A stretch of DNA of 64,000 nucleotides, from the NCBI GenBank assembly GCA_963803805.1, contig CAWDOD010000002.1, positions 1,120,001-1,184,000 on the forward strand, read 5' to 3'. How positions within the stretch are numbered: position 1 is the first letter of the stretch; each line of letters opens with the position of its first letter. The translations under genes were made by a program, and so were the position numbers. The stretch comes from an uncultured cyanobacterium (lineage in GTDB: Bacteria > Cyanobacteriota > Cyanobacteriia > Cyanobacteriales > CAWCAG01). The notes under the pieces are model-generated. The model saw only the letters and a list, made by a program, of their open reading frames with translations, searched no databases and was not told the DNA's origin. Shown here piece after piece: positions 50,528-60,111 of the stretch.

Positions 50528-51415
50528 ATGGGGTCGGCTCAGATAGCAGTAAAAGTACCAAAAGAGTTTCTTCAGGCTCCTGGCGGCTTGAATATAACCC
50601 TGACCATATTTTTAATAGCGATCGCCCTGATTGTTATCTCAACCTGTGGCTATTGGCTGTGGGGGTGGCCTAGTTGGTGCTGTTTTTTTACTAACGTTCT
50701 TGCCTTACATATGGCAGGGACAGTTATTCATGATGCTTCCCATAAGTCAGCCCATAAGAACCCCACACTTAACTCTATTTTGGGCCATGGTAGCGCTTTG
50801 ATGTTGGGGTTTGCTTTTCCGGTTTTTACCAGGGTTCATATCCAGCACCACGCTAATGTTAATGATCCTCAAAATGACCCAGATCATTTTGTTTCTACCG
50901 GGGGGCCGTTATGGTTAATTGCGGCTCGATTCTTTTATCACGAAATATTTTTCTTTAAACGTCGTCTTTGGCGCAAATATGAATTACTAGAATGGTTTTT
51001 AAGCCGTTTGTTTGTCATCACTATAGTTTTGATCGCTTGTCAATATGGTTTTATCGGCTACATTCTCAATTATTGGTTTTCTCCTGCTTTGGTAGTAGGA
51101 CTTGCCCTGGGGCTATTTTTTGATTATCTACCCCACCGTCCTTTTAGGGAGCGCGATCGCTGGAAGAATGCCAGAGTTTATCCTAATCCGATTCTGAATA
51201 TACTAATTTTGGGCCAGAACTATCATCTTATTCATCATCTTTGGCCTTCTATTCCTTGGTACAAATATCAAGCTGCTTATCGGGCAACTAAACCTTTACT
51301 TGATTCTAAAGGTTGTCATCAATCCCTTGGCTTGCTTAAAGGGAAAGACTTTTTGAGCTTTGTCTACGATATTTTTCTTGGTATTCGCTTCCACCGTCCC
51401 AAGTTAGACAAATGA
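50528..51415 (+). CDS. crtR: Beta-carotene hydroxylase
   Basis: His boxes HDASH, HIQHH and HLIHH; DPDHFVSTGGPLW; FFDYLPHRPF. Confidence 0.95.
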   Translation: MGSAQIAVKVPKEFLQAPGGLNITLTIFLIAIALIVISTCGYWLWGWPSWCCFFTNVLALHMAGTVIHDASHKSAHKNPTLNSILGHGSALMLGFAFPVFTRVHIQHHANVNDPQNDPDHFVSTGGPLWLIAARFFYHEIFFFKRRLWRKYELLEWFLSRLFVITIVLIACQYGFIGYILNYWFSPALVVGLALGLFFDYLPHRPFRERDRWKNARVYPNPILNILILGQNYHLIHHLWPSIPWYKYQAAYRATKPLLDSKGCHQSLGLLKGKDFLSFVYDIFLGIRFHRPKLDK

Positions 51416-51562
51416 GCAAAAGTCATCACTCCCCTTGCTCCCTCTCTCTACCTATGCCACTAAACACCGATCTGGTATAACCTTAACTCTAAATGCTGAT
51501 TACTAGTTCTAGGTTAAGAAGACTGTTTATGTGGCACCGTTAAACTCAAATGGGGGGAGACT

Positions 51563-53203
51563 ATGATTGAACAAAAATCTCAGGGTAGCAAAAAGAAACT
51601 CATTTTCCGTGGCTTAGGGATAATCACTTCCTTTATTTGTATTGCAGGGCTAGCAGTTGCTTTTGCCCCCACTGAAGAAACAAAAAAGAGCGAAAATACA
51701 GATGTAATCTTGGAAGTTGGGGTTGTTCAGCGTTTTGGTGAGGAAACAACCGATGAACTAACTATTTCGGCAACAGGAGGGGGAAAACTAACCCTACAAT
51801 TCCTCGCTGGGGATATGAGTTCAACTACCGTAGAAGCGACAGAAGTTAAGGTACAACTTAGTAGCACTCCCTTAACTGAGGCAAAAGTAGTCGAAAAAAT
51901 TATCCTTAGCGATCGCTCTACTTTTGAAACAGCAGAAGATAGTTCCCTGGGCTGGGAAGAGTTGGGGGTAGCAACAGAAGTTACCCAACCTGGGCGGTGG
52001 CAAGTTTGGGCAAAAAGAGATGTTTACCAAACTCCTTTACTACGACGCTTACTTTTGGAGACTTTACAGGCTCAAGGTTACGAGGATACCTATTTAGAGA
52101 CGGAGGTTTTAGAAGCAGAAAAGAAAATTGCTTTTACCGTAGGAGGTTATCGTTATAACCGCCAAAAATTAACTATTACTGCGGATAATGAGTTAATCCA
52201 AGTCCTAGACAAAGAAGATCAGCGTAGCCCCTATTTATACTCTGGGTATTTGGAATTTCAGCCTAACGCCTACGGGGACTTCAGCTTAGTTAACCATGTT
52301 CCCCTAGAAACCTATTTACGGGGGGTCGTTCCCCACGAGATTGGTCCCAACGCCCCTTATAATGCTGTCGAAGCTCAAACAATTATTGCCCGTACCTACG
52401 CCCTCAGAAACCTACGGCGCTTTAAAGCAGATGATTACCAACTTTGCGCTACAGTTCATTGTCAAGTTTATCGTGGCTTAAGTGGCACTAGTGCCTCCGC
52501 TGATAAAGCGATCGCTGCTACCACAGGGCTAGTTTTGACCTACGAAAATGAATTAGTAGATGCCCTTTATTCTGCTGCCACAGGAGGAGTTACAGCCTCT
52601 TTTGGTGATATTTGGGATGGTGAACAACGCCCCTATCTTCAGCCTGTAATTGACTCTCCTAATCCAGTGTGGGATTTAGCCCAAAAACCCCTAGAAAATG
52701 AGGCCAATTTCCGCCAATTTATTGCTTCTAAAGCTGGTTTCAATGAAAGCGATGTTGATGCTTTTCGTTGGGATAAACAAAGTAGCATTGAACAATTAAC
52801 TAAAGATTTACAACGCTACCTCACCAATACGAAAAGTCCTTTAGCAAGCTTCACTACCATTAATAAAATGGAGATTACCGAGCGATCACCTTCGGGAAGA
52901 GTACTTACCTTAGTGGTGGAAACCGATAAAGGTTTAGTAGAACTCCATAAAAACGAAGCCCGCAGTGCCTTCGCACCCCCTCGTAGTACCCTATTTTATC
53001 TAGAACCCGTTTATGGGGCCAACCAAAACTTAACCGCCTACAAATTTATCGGCGGTGGTTTTGGTCACGGAGTTGGTATGAGTCAATATGGTTCTTATAA
53101 CCTAGCTAATCTTGGTTGGTCTTCTCAAAAAATTCTCGATTTCTACTATCCCAATACGGAAATTAAGCCCCTAGATGATTCGATTATTTTTTATCGTCAG
53201 TGA
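51563..53203 (+). CDS. SpoIID/LytB domain protein
   Basis: LETYLRGVVPHE, AQTIIARTYA, CQVY and GFGHGVGMSQYG. Confidence 0.93.
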   Translation: MIEQKSQGSKKKLIFRGLGIITSFICIAGLAVAFAPTEETKKSENTDVILEVGVVQRFGEETTDELTISATGGGKLTLQFLAGDMSSTTVEATEVKVQLSSTPLTEAKVVEKIILSDRSTFETAEDSSLGWEELGVATEVTQPGRWQVWAKRDVYQTPLLRRLLLETLQAQGYEDTYLETEVLEAEKKIAFTVGGYRYNRQKLTITADNELIQVLDKEDQRSPYLYSGYLEFQPNAYGDFSLVNHVPLETYLRGVVPHEIGPNAPYNAVEAQTIIARTYALRNLRRFKADDYQLCATVHCQVYRGLSGTSASADKAIAATTGLVLTYENELVDALYSAATGGVTASFGDIWDGEQRPYLQPVIDSPNPVWDLAQKPLENEANFRQFIASKAGFNESDVDAFRWDKQSSIEQLTKDLQRYLTNTKSPLASFTTINKMEITERSPSGRVLTLVVETDKGLVELHKNEARSAFAPPRSTLFYLEPVYGANQNLTAYKFIGGGFGHGVGMSQYGSYNLANLGWSSQKILDFYYPNTEIKPLDDSIIFYRQ

Positions 53204-53468
53204 TACAAGATACTTGAATGTCGAGTAGGTCAGGACTTTCCGAGTAAGGATTCTCAAAATATTTCAGGCGATTTCGACGAGGTAAAATCTCTAAAGCTGA
53301 TTTTTTCGTTATGCGATTGGGGACAGCGGCCTTTCCTGTCTTTCTTCTGAGCTACTTGATATTATTCTATATAATGCTAGAAGTATTTAGTTGGCAAGAA
53401 ACACGAAGAATAAAACTAGAAGAGCAACTATCAAGACAAATCATTGATTTTGTATTTAGCCCGGATAG

Positions 53469-53562
53469 TATAGCAGTAGCCAAGAAAGTTAGGACGTTCT
53501 CTGTTCCCTAATTCCTTTGAACTACAGTTTATGATGTCCTAAACAGCCTGACTGTTGCTATA
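53469..53562. mobile_element. 94-bp MITE with TA ends
   Basis: Termini TATAGCA/TGCTATA. Inner IR TTAGGAC/GTCCTAA lies 20 nt from each end. Confidence 0.75.
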
Positions 53563-53588
53563 AATATGAAGTGGAATAGAGAAATAGA

Positions 53589-53948
53589 ATGGCATATCAA
53601 CAAATAACGGACTACTTCAACTTTCTCACTCCTACGGATATCCGTCTCAAAGAAACAAGAGTCGGCATTGAAACCATCTTGTATGACTACTTAGATCGTA
53701 GTTGCACTCCAGAAGAAATTGCCCAAACCTACACATCTTTAACCTTGGAGCAAGTTTACGCCACAATTCTCTATTACTTGCAAAATCAAGAAGATGTTGG
53801 TCTATATATGAGAAACTGGATTGAACACGGTCACAGAATGAGAGAACAACAACGACTAAATCCACCGCCTGTTTCAGAAAAGCTGCAACAACTGAGAGCT
53901 GAAAGGAAAGCTAAACAACAAGCTAATGAGTCTTCAATACCTAATTGA
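53589..53948 (+). CDS. DUF433 antitoxin-like protein
   Basis: IRLKETRVGIETIL..TPEEIAQTY.SLTLEQVYATILYY. Confidence 0.9.
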   Translation: MAYQQITDYFNFLTPTDIRLKETRVGIETILYDYLDRSCTPEEIAQTYTSLTLEQVYATILYYLQNQEDVGLYMRNWIEHGHRMREQQRLNPPPVSEKLQQLRAERKAKQQANESSIPN

Positions 53949-54288
53949 TGAAAACGTAGACCCTCTCTATCCCAAACAAATTAGGAGAAGAGAGCCAAGC
54001 ATAATCATCAAAGTGGTGGGAGAATTAGAAGCTCCTCCTAAAGGAACTCTCGACCCAGAAATTCTTTACTGGTGTGAAGAAAATCGCTTTGTACTAGTCA
54101 CAAACAACCGAACTTCTATGCCAGTTCACTTGGCTGAGCATACAACTGAAAATCGCCACGTACCAGGTATTTTTATCCTCAACCCTAATCTGAGTATTGG
54201 AGAAAATTTGGATGAGCTAATATTATTAGCCCTCGCTTCCTCTAAGGATGAGTATCAAGACCGTATTGTCTATTTACCTTTACCATAA
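53926..54288 (+). CDS. DUF5615 PIN-like toxin
   Basis: YLIDENV, GTLDPEIL and LVTNNR. Overlaps the DUF433 gene by 23 nt. Confidence 0.88.
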   Translation: MSLQYLIDENVDPLYPKQIRRREPSIIIKVVGELEAPPKGTLDPEILYWCEENRFVLVTNNRTSMPVHLAEHTTENRHVPGIFILNPNLSIGENLDELILLALASSKDEYQDRIVYLPLP

Positions 54289-54462
54289 ACAGAAAAGGTA
54301 ATCTTCCTAACAACTATTTTGCTTGATACTTCTTTCAAGTGTGTAATATACATCCTTGGCCCAAACGCTGGTTTATTGGGGATTTTATGAGGAGATAGCC
54401 CTTATTTACTCTACATTTTGCTACTCTTATTGACCACTAAATTTAGTTGCACATCGCGTTAA

Positions 54463-56544
54463 TTACTTATTACTATTCCCCCTAACTTCTGTATCTGCCA
54501 ACCCTAAACGATCTAATAAAAAAGCATATTCAAAAGCTGTTTCTTGCAAAGAATCGTAACGCCCTGATGCGCCACCATGACCTGCTCCCATATTAGTTTT
54601 GAGTAATAAGAGGTTATCATCGGTTTTCATCTCCCTTAACTTTGCTGTCCATTTGGCAGGTTCCCAATATTTAACACGGGAATCATTTAAGCCAGCGATT
54701 ATTAATAGATCCGGGTAGGCTTTGGCCTCTACATTGTCGTAGGGGGAATAGGACTTCATGTAGTTGTAGTAAACTTTATCGTTGGGGTTGCCCCATTCTT
54801 CCCATTCCATAAAAGATAAAGGCAAGGAAGTATCCAAAATTGTGGTTACAACATCTACAAAAGGAACAGAAGCGATCGCAACTTTAAAAAGATCAGGACG
54901 CATATTGAGTACTGCCCCCATTAATAATCCCCCCGCACTACCTCCAGAAATAGCTAGTTGGTTACTACTTGTCCAGTTCTCTTGGATTAAATGTTCGGCG
55001 CAGGCGATAAAATCAGTGAAAGTATTCTTTTTCTTGAGGAATTTTCCTTCTTCATACCATTTGCGCCCCATTTCCCCACCACCACGAATATGGGCTAAAG
55101 CACAGACTATACCCCTATCTAATAAAGAAAGGCGAATGGAGGAGAAGTAAGCCCAATAGGGATAGCCGTAGGAACCGTAACCCGTTAGAAAGAGGGGATT
55201 TTTACCTTCTTTTTCGAGTCCTTTTTTATATACCAAGGAAATCGGAATTTGCGTACCATCTTCTGCGGTGGCGAAAATTCTTTGGGAAGTATATTGAGTG
55301 GGATCATAACCCCCAAGAACTTCCGTTTCTTTTTTTAACTCTCGTTCTTTTGTATCAAGGTTGTAATCAAATACTGAAGAGGGAGTAATAAAGGAACTAT
55401 AACCAAACCGCCAAGTATTAGTATCAAATTCAGCGTTGCTACCTTCATAAACAGCATAAGTAGGTTCAGGAAAACTAAGGTAATGTTCTTCACCAGTAGC
55501 TAGTTTACGAATCCGTACTGCGGGAAGCCCTTCTTTCCTTTCAAAAACAATTAAATGATTAATAAAAACACTTACCCCGGAAACCATAGCATCTTCCCGA
55601 TGGGGAATTACCGTTTGCCAATTCTCCTTATTAGGGGCATTTACCGGGGCTACCATTAACTTAAAATTAATCGCCTCATCGTTAGTAACAATATAAAAGC
55701 GATCGCTATGGTGTTCGATACTATACTCCATTTCTTGTTGGCGGGGATGAATCACCTGAAAAGAACCTGTGGGGTTATTAGCATCTAAGTAATGGGATTC
55801 TGAAGTTACTTTACTATCCAAGCTTAAAATTAAATAAGCTTTGCTAAGAGTTTTGCTGATAGAAAGGAAGTAAGATTCATCCTTCTCTTCATAAACCAAA
55901 ACATCCTCTTCTACCTTCGTACTTAAAACGTGTCGCCATAATTGATAAGGACGATTAGTACTATCGACTTTTGTGTAGAAGACAGTGCGGTTATCATTGC
56001 CCCAAGCAAAAGAATAATAGGTATCTTGAATAAATTCGGGATAAAGTTCAGTAGTGGTTAAATCTAAAAAGTAAAGGGTATATCGTTCTGCACCACTATA
56101 ATCTACAGAATAAGCGAGAAGTTGATGATTGGGACTAACGCTGACAACTCCTAATTCACAAAACTCTTTTCCTTGGGCTAGCTGATTTTGATCGAGAATT
56201 ATTTCTTCAGGGGCATCCAGATTTTCCTGTTTGCGGCATTCAATAGAGTAGGGTTTACCTTCTTCAGTACGAGAATAATAAAAATATTCTCCTTCGCGAT
56301 AAGGTACAGAAAGATCAGTTTCTTTAATCCGTCCTAACATTTCCTGATAAAGGGCTTGTTGCAACTCAACCCTATGGGCCATCATTTTATCTGTATAAGC
56401 ATTCTCTGCCTCCAAATAAGCAATGGTTTCCTGTTGCTGGCTATGGCGCAACCAAAAGTAATTGTCTACCCTTTTGTCACCATGATTTACCAACTCTTCA
56501 GGCTGCTTTCTGGCTTGAGGAACTTCTATTTCTGGCTTTGTCAT
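54463..56544 (-). CDS. ptrB: Oligopeptidase B (S9A)
   Basis: DNYFWLR, YGSYG, HIRGGGE, nucleophile GGSAGG, DSRV and AGHGG. Confidence 0.93.
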   Translation of the reverse strand: MTKPEIEVPQARKQPEELVNHGDKRVDNYFWLRHSQQQETIAYLEAENAYTDKMMAHRVELQQALYQEMLGRIKETDLSVPYREGEYFYYSRTEEGKPYSIECRKQENLDAPEEIILDQNQLAQGKEFCELGVVSVSPNHQLLAYSVDYSGAERYTLYFLDLTTTELYPEFIQDTYYSFAWGNDNRTVFYTKVDSTNRPYQLWRHVLSTKVEEDVLVYEEKDESYFLSISKTLSKAYLILSLDSKVTSESHYLDANNPTGSFQVIHPRQQEMEYSIEHHSDRFYIVTNDEAINFKLMVAPVNAPNKENWQTVIPHREDAMVSGVSVFINHLIVFERKEGLPAVRIRKLATGEEHYLSFPEPTYAVYEGSNAEFDTNTWRFGYSSFITPSSVFDYNLDTKERELKKETEVLGGYDPTQYTSQRIFATAEDGTQIPISLVYKKGLEKEGKNPLFLTGYGSYGYPYWAYFSSIRLSLLDRGIVCALAHIRGGGEMGRKWYEEGKFLKKKNTFTDFIACAEHLIQENWTSSNQLAISGGSAGGLLMGAVLNMRPDLFKVAIASVPFVDVVTTILDTSLPLSFMEWEEWGNPNDKVYYNYMKSYSPYDNVEAKAYPDLLIIAGLNDSRVKYWEPAKWTAKLREMKTDDNLLLLKTNMGAGHGGASGRYDSLQETAFEYAFLLDRLGLADTEVRGNSNK

Positions 56545-56653
56545 GGTTATACTATCTTTTGCTAATTAAAAGTCATTAAGTTATTAATTCAGTCTACGGC
56601 AAAGGCTACGCTGTATACCGATTGGCTTCTCAAAGAGACACGATAATAAGGAA

Positions 56654-58166
56654 ATGATTAAACAAGCAATTTTGTGTGTTGATGACGAACAAATCATTCT
56701 CACTAGCCTCAGAGAACAACTCAAACGTCACTTTGGTGCAAATTATCACATAGAAGTTGCTAGTAGTGGAGAAGAAGCCTTAGAAATTATGGCAGAATTA
56801 TTCGCAGAAGAAATTGAAGTACCGGTGGTGATTTCTGATGAAATTATGCCTGTTATGAAGGGGGATGAACTTTTGATTAAAATTCATCATCAATATCCCC
56901 AAACTTTGAAAATACTTTTAACAGGACAAGCTACAACAGAAGCGATCACCAATGTAGTTAATGGAGCATCTCTTTACCACTATATTTCTAAACCTTGGCA
57001 GGAAAGTAATCTTTTACTAACCGTCGGGGAAGCCTTAGAGCGCTACAACCTAGAACAAGAGTTAGCACAACGCAACCAAGAAATCAAAAAAGCTAATCAA
57101 GAATTTGCTCAACTTAATGCTTCATTAGAGCAGAAAGTTAGCGATCGCACTCAGGAATTACAAAAAGCTAAAGAAGCTGCTGAAGTTGCTAGTGAAGCAA
57201 AAAGTACTTTCATCGCTACGGTTAGTCATGAGTTACGTACCCCTCTCAATGCGATTCTTGGCTTTTCTCAAATCCTTAATTCCAGTCCTCAACTTTCTGC
57301 CCAAGATCGGCAGCATTTGAGTATTATTAGCAGTAGCGGAGAGCATTTACTAGCAACTATTAATCAAGTTTTAGATTTTTCTCAAATCGAAGCAGGAAGA
57401 ATGACTCTTCATCTTGATGGTTTTGATTTGTATCATCTACTTCAAAAGGTAGAAAATATATTCCATTTTAAAGCATCTAAAAAAGGATTGGAACTAGTTT
57501 TTGATTGTCAAAATCAAGTTCCCCAATACGTTAAAACTGATGTTACAAAACTGCGTCAAATTTTATTTAATTTAATTGATAATGCTATTAAGTTCACTCA
57601 AAAAGGGCGAGTGACAGTGAGTTTAGAAGCTAAACCAGAAAACCCGACTCATCTTACTTTAAGAGTAGAAGATACAGGGCTAGGAATTGCACCAGAAGAA
57701 ATGGATGCTCTTTTTGCTCCTTTTGTACAAACCGAAACAGGGCGACAATCTCAACAAGGAACAGGTTTAGGTTTATCCATAACTCGCCAATATCTGCAAT
57801 TAATGGGAGGGGATATTATCGTAACTAGTTCACCTCAAGGTAGTAAATTCACTTGTCACTTTCCTGTGGGGATCGTTGATGTTGAGGAAACCAAAGAATT
57901 ACCAACAGAATTAATACATTTAGAACCAGAAGAACCTCCTGTCCAGTTTTCTGAAGATATCTTACTTGAACAATTATCCCAAATGCCCCAGACTTGGAGA
58001 GAACAATTATGTAAGGCAGCGATTCTCAGGTTCCGATGATCAGATCCTGGAACTAGTTAAGCAAATTCCTCAGTCTAAGACTCCCTTAGCCCAAACTTTG
58101 ATAACTTGGACTGAAGATTTTTATTTTGAGCAAATTTTTAACTTACTCCAACAGCTAAGAAAATGA
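56654..58166 (+). CDS. Hybrid receiver-histidine kinase, frameshifted near 58028
   Basis: N-terminal REC domain (CVDDE, ISD, KPW), SHELRTPL and HATPase. The C-terminal helical tail [14 protein letters not shown]...FEQIFNLL is in the shifted frame. Confidence 0.88.
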
Positions 58167-58208
58167 GATAATTCCCATTAGACCTAATCTTGAAGCGTGG
58201 GGTAATAG

Positions 58209-59777
58209 ATGACTTATCGGCGGTTAATTTTAATTATATTGACCTTCTTTGCAATTACAAAAGTGCTTCTTTCTTTAGGGGATAGCTTAGGTCAACCCCA
58301 AGTCCAGAGTCGTTTAGAACTTTATCAGACTAATTTAGTACTTCATAGTGCAGAGTATCAAGTTGGGGAGAACAATGATAATTTAACTGTCGCCTTGAAA
58401 AGCATTATCGGCGAAAATCCCTACATCGCAGCTAAAAAGCAGTATGAAAAAGCTCAAGAATTTGCTCAGGCAAGTTTAAGTAATTTAGAAGAACAACTAC
58501 TACAAGTTACTAAAAACAATATTCTAGTTACTGACCAAGGTAAAAGTAAAGCTACAACTGAGCAAATTCCTCCCCCTCCAGAACAAGCATTGCGCCAAGA
58601 AATCTCAACTGTAGAAGATTTCATTGCTAATCTTAATTTACATTTAGGTATACTCCAAGCTCAATTAGGAGAATCCCAAAAAGCCCAGAAAACTTGGCAG
58701 AATTTAAGCAAAAATAATCATGATTCTGCTGCTACTCAAACAGCCCAAACCTTAATCGATCTCTGGGACAAATCTCCACAAGCCTTCCCCAATGCCCAAT
58801 CCCAATTGGAAAAAAACTTAGATAGTTGGTTTCGTTACCGTAGCTTAAGTAAATTGTACCAAGTACAAAACAAGTCAGAAGCCTTAGCCCAACTACAAGA
58901 AAAAGAACAAAAAAGAGCAGAACAAGCTTTAACCAAACTGGCTGTAATTAGTGGATTACCAGCTTTAGGAGGAATATTAGGGATAGCCACAATCGTCTTT
59001 TTATTAGTACAACTAGCCATCAAAGGTCAAGAATCTCTCCTAGCTACTAATAATAATTTAGCTTGGGATACTCCTTGGGATTGGGAAATTACTTGGCAAG
59101 TATTAATTGTAGGCTTCTTTGCCATTAGTCAATTACTATTACCTCTATTATTGCCCTTATTCTTCAGTCTCTTAGGAATTAACCCCGCAACTTTTAGCCT
59201 TCGGGCTAAAGCTTTTTATATTCTGATTAGCTATTTATTGATGGCTGGGGGTGGGTTGTTAGTACTTTATGTATCCCTGAAAAAATACTTTCCTTTACCA
59301 GAAGATTGGTTTCGTTTACGCTGGTTAAATAATTGGTTTCTTTGGGGTATAGGAGGCTATTTAGTCGCCCTCCCCATTGTGGTGATAGTATCTTTGGTCA
59401 ATCAACAAATTTGGCAAGGGCAAGGGGGCAGCAACCCCATCATCCTTTTGGCCCTACAATCCCAAGATCAAGTAGCCCTAATTATCTTTTTCTTCACTGC
59501 TTCTATCGCTGCCCCTATATTTGAAGAAATCATCTTTAGAGGCTTCTTGCTGCCTTCTTTGACCCGCTATATTCCGGTTTGGACAGCAATTGTGATTAGT
59601 AGCTTAATCTTCTCCATTGCCCACCTGAGTCTTTCAGAAGTTCTGCCCCTAACTGCCTTGGGTATGGTTTTAGGTTTCGTTTACTCGCGATCGCGCAATC
59701 TCCTCGCCCCCATGCTACTTCATAGTTTATGGAATGGCGGTACTCTGTTGAGTTTGTTTGTTTTGGGTAGTGGTTGA
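58209..59777 (+). CDS. CPBP (Abi/CAAX) intramembrane metalloprotease
   Basis: APIFEEIIFRG, FSIAH and HSLWN. Confidence 0.92.
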   Translation: MTYRRLILIILTFFAITKVLLSLGDSLGQPQVQSRLELYQTNLVLHSAEYQVGENNDNLTVALKSIIGENPYIAAKKQYEKAQEFAQASLSNLEEQLLQVTKNNILVTDQGKSKATTEQIPPPPEQALRQEISTVEDFIANLNLHLGILQAQLGESQKAQKTWQNLSKNNHDSAATQTAQTLIDLWDKSPQAFPNAQSQLEKNLDSWFRYRSLSKLYQVQNKSEALAQLQEKEQKRAEQALTKLAVISGLPALGGILGIATIVFLLVQLAIKGQESLLATNNNLAWDTPWDWEITWQVLIVGFFAISQLLLPLLLPLFFSLLGINPATFSLRAKAFYILISYLLMAGGGLLVLYVSLKKYFPLPEDWFRLRWLNNWFLWGIGGYLVALPIVVIVSLVNQQIWQGQGGSNPIILLALQSQDQVALIIFFFTASIAAPIFEEIIFRGFLLPSLTRYIPVWTAIVISSLIFSIAHLSLSEVLPLTALGMVLGFVYSRSRNLLAPMLLHSLWNGGTLLSLFVLGSG

Positions 59778-59969
59778 GGAAAGACACCTGAATTGTTATG
59801 GTAATTGTTCTCCCTAATGTTGTTGATAGGGAGATAGAGGTATGTCCTTTACTCAACTTTATGAAGTTTTGTAAGGTAAATGAAAAAGTTGTCAGGCCAG
59901 ACAGGTAGTATGTGAATTGGATTTCTATATCTTTAATATTTAGCTTAGATAAAAACGCAAGGAGAGGAA

Positions 59970-60110
59970 ATGGGCATATTATCAGGATTGGTTGATGTTA
60001 TAACCAGTATCAACTGGGAAGTAATTGCTAATTTAGTATTTGTCAGTTTAATTATGATTGCTGGGCCGGCTGTTATTTTTGTCTTGGCTTTTAGCGGCGG
60101 AGATATGTAA
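59970..60110 (+). CDS. psb30: Photosystem II protein Psb30 (Ycf12), 46 aa, missing from ORF track
   Basis: MGILSGLVDVITSINWEVIANLVFVSLIMIAGPAVIFVLAFSGGDM, with an AGGAG SD. Confidence 0.93.
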   Translation: MGILSGLVDVITSINWEVIANLVFVSLIMIAGPAVIFVLAFSGGDM

Positions 60111-60111
60111 A

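Noticed and set aside
53311..53511. 66-aa ORF upstream of the TA pair
   Set aside because: It runs into the MITE and has no recognisable family; it may be a remnant but cannot be supported.
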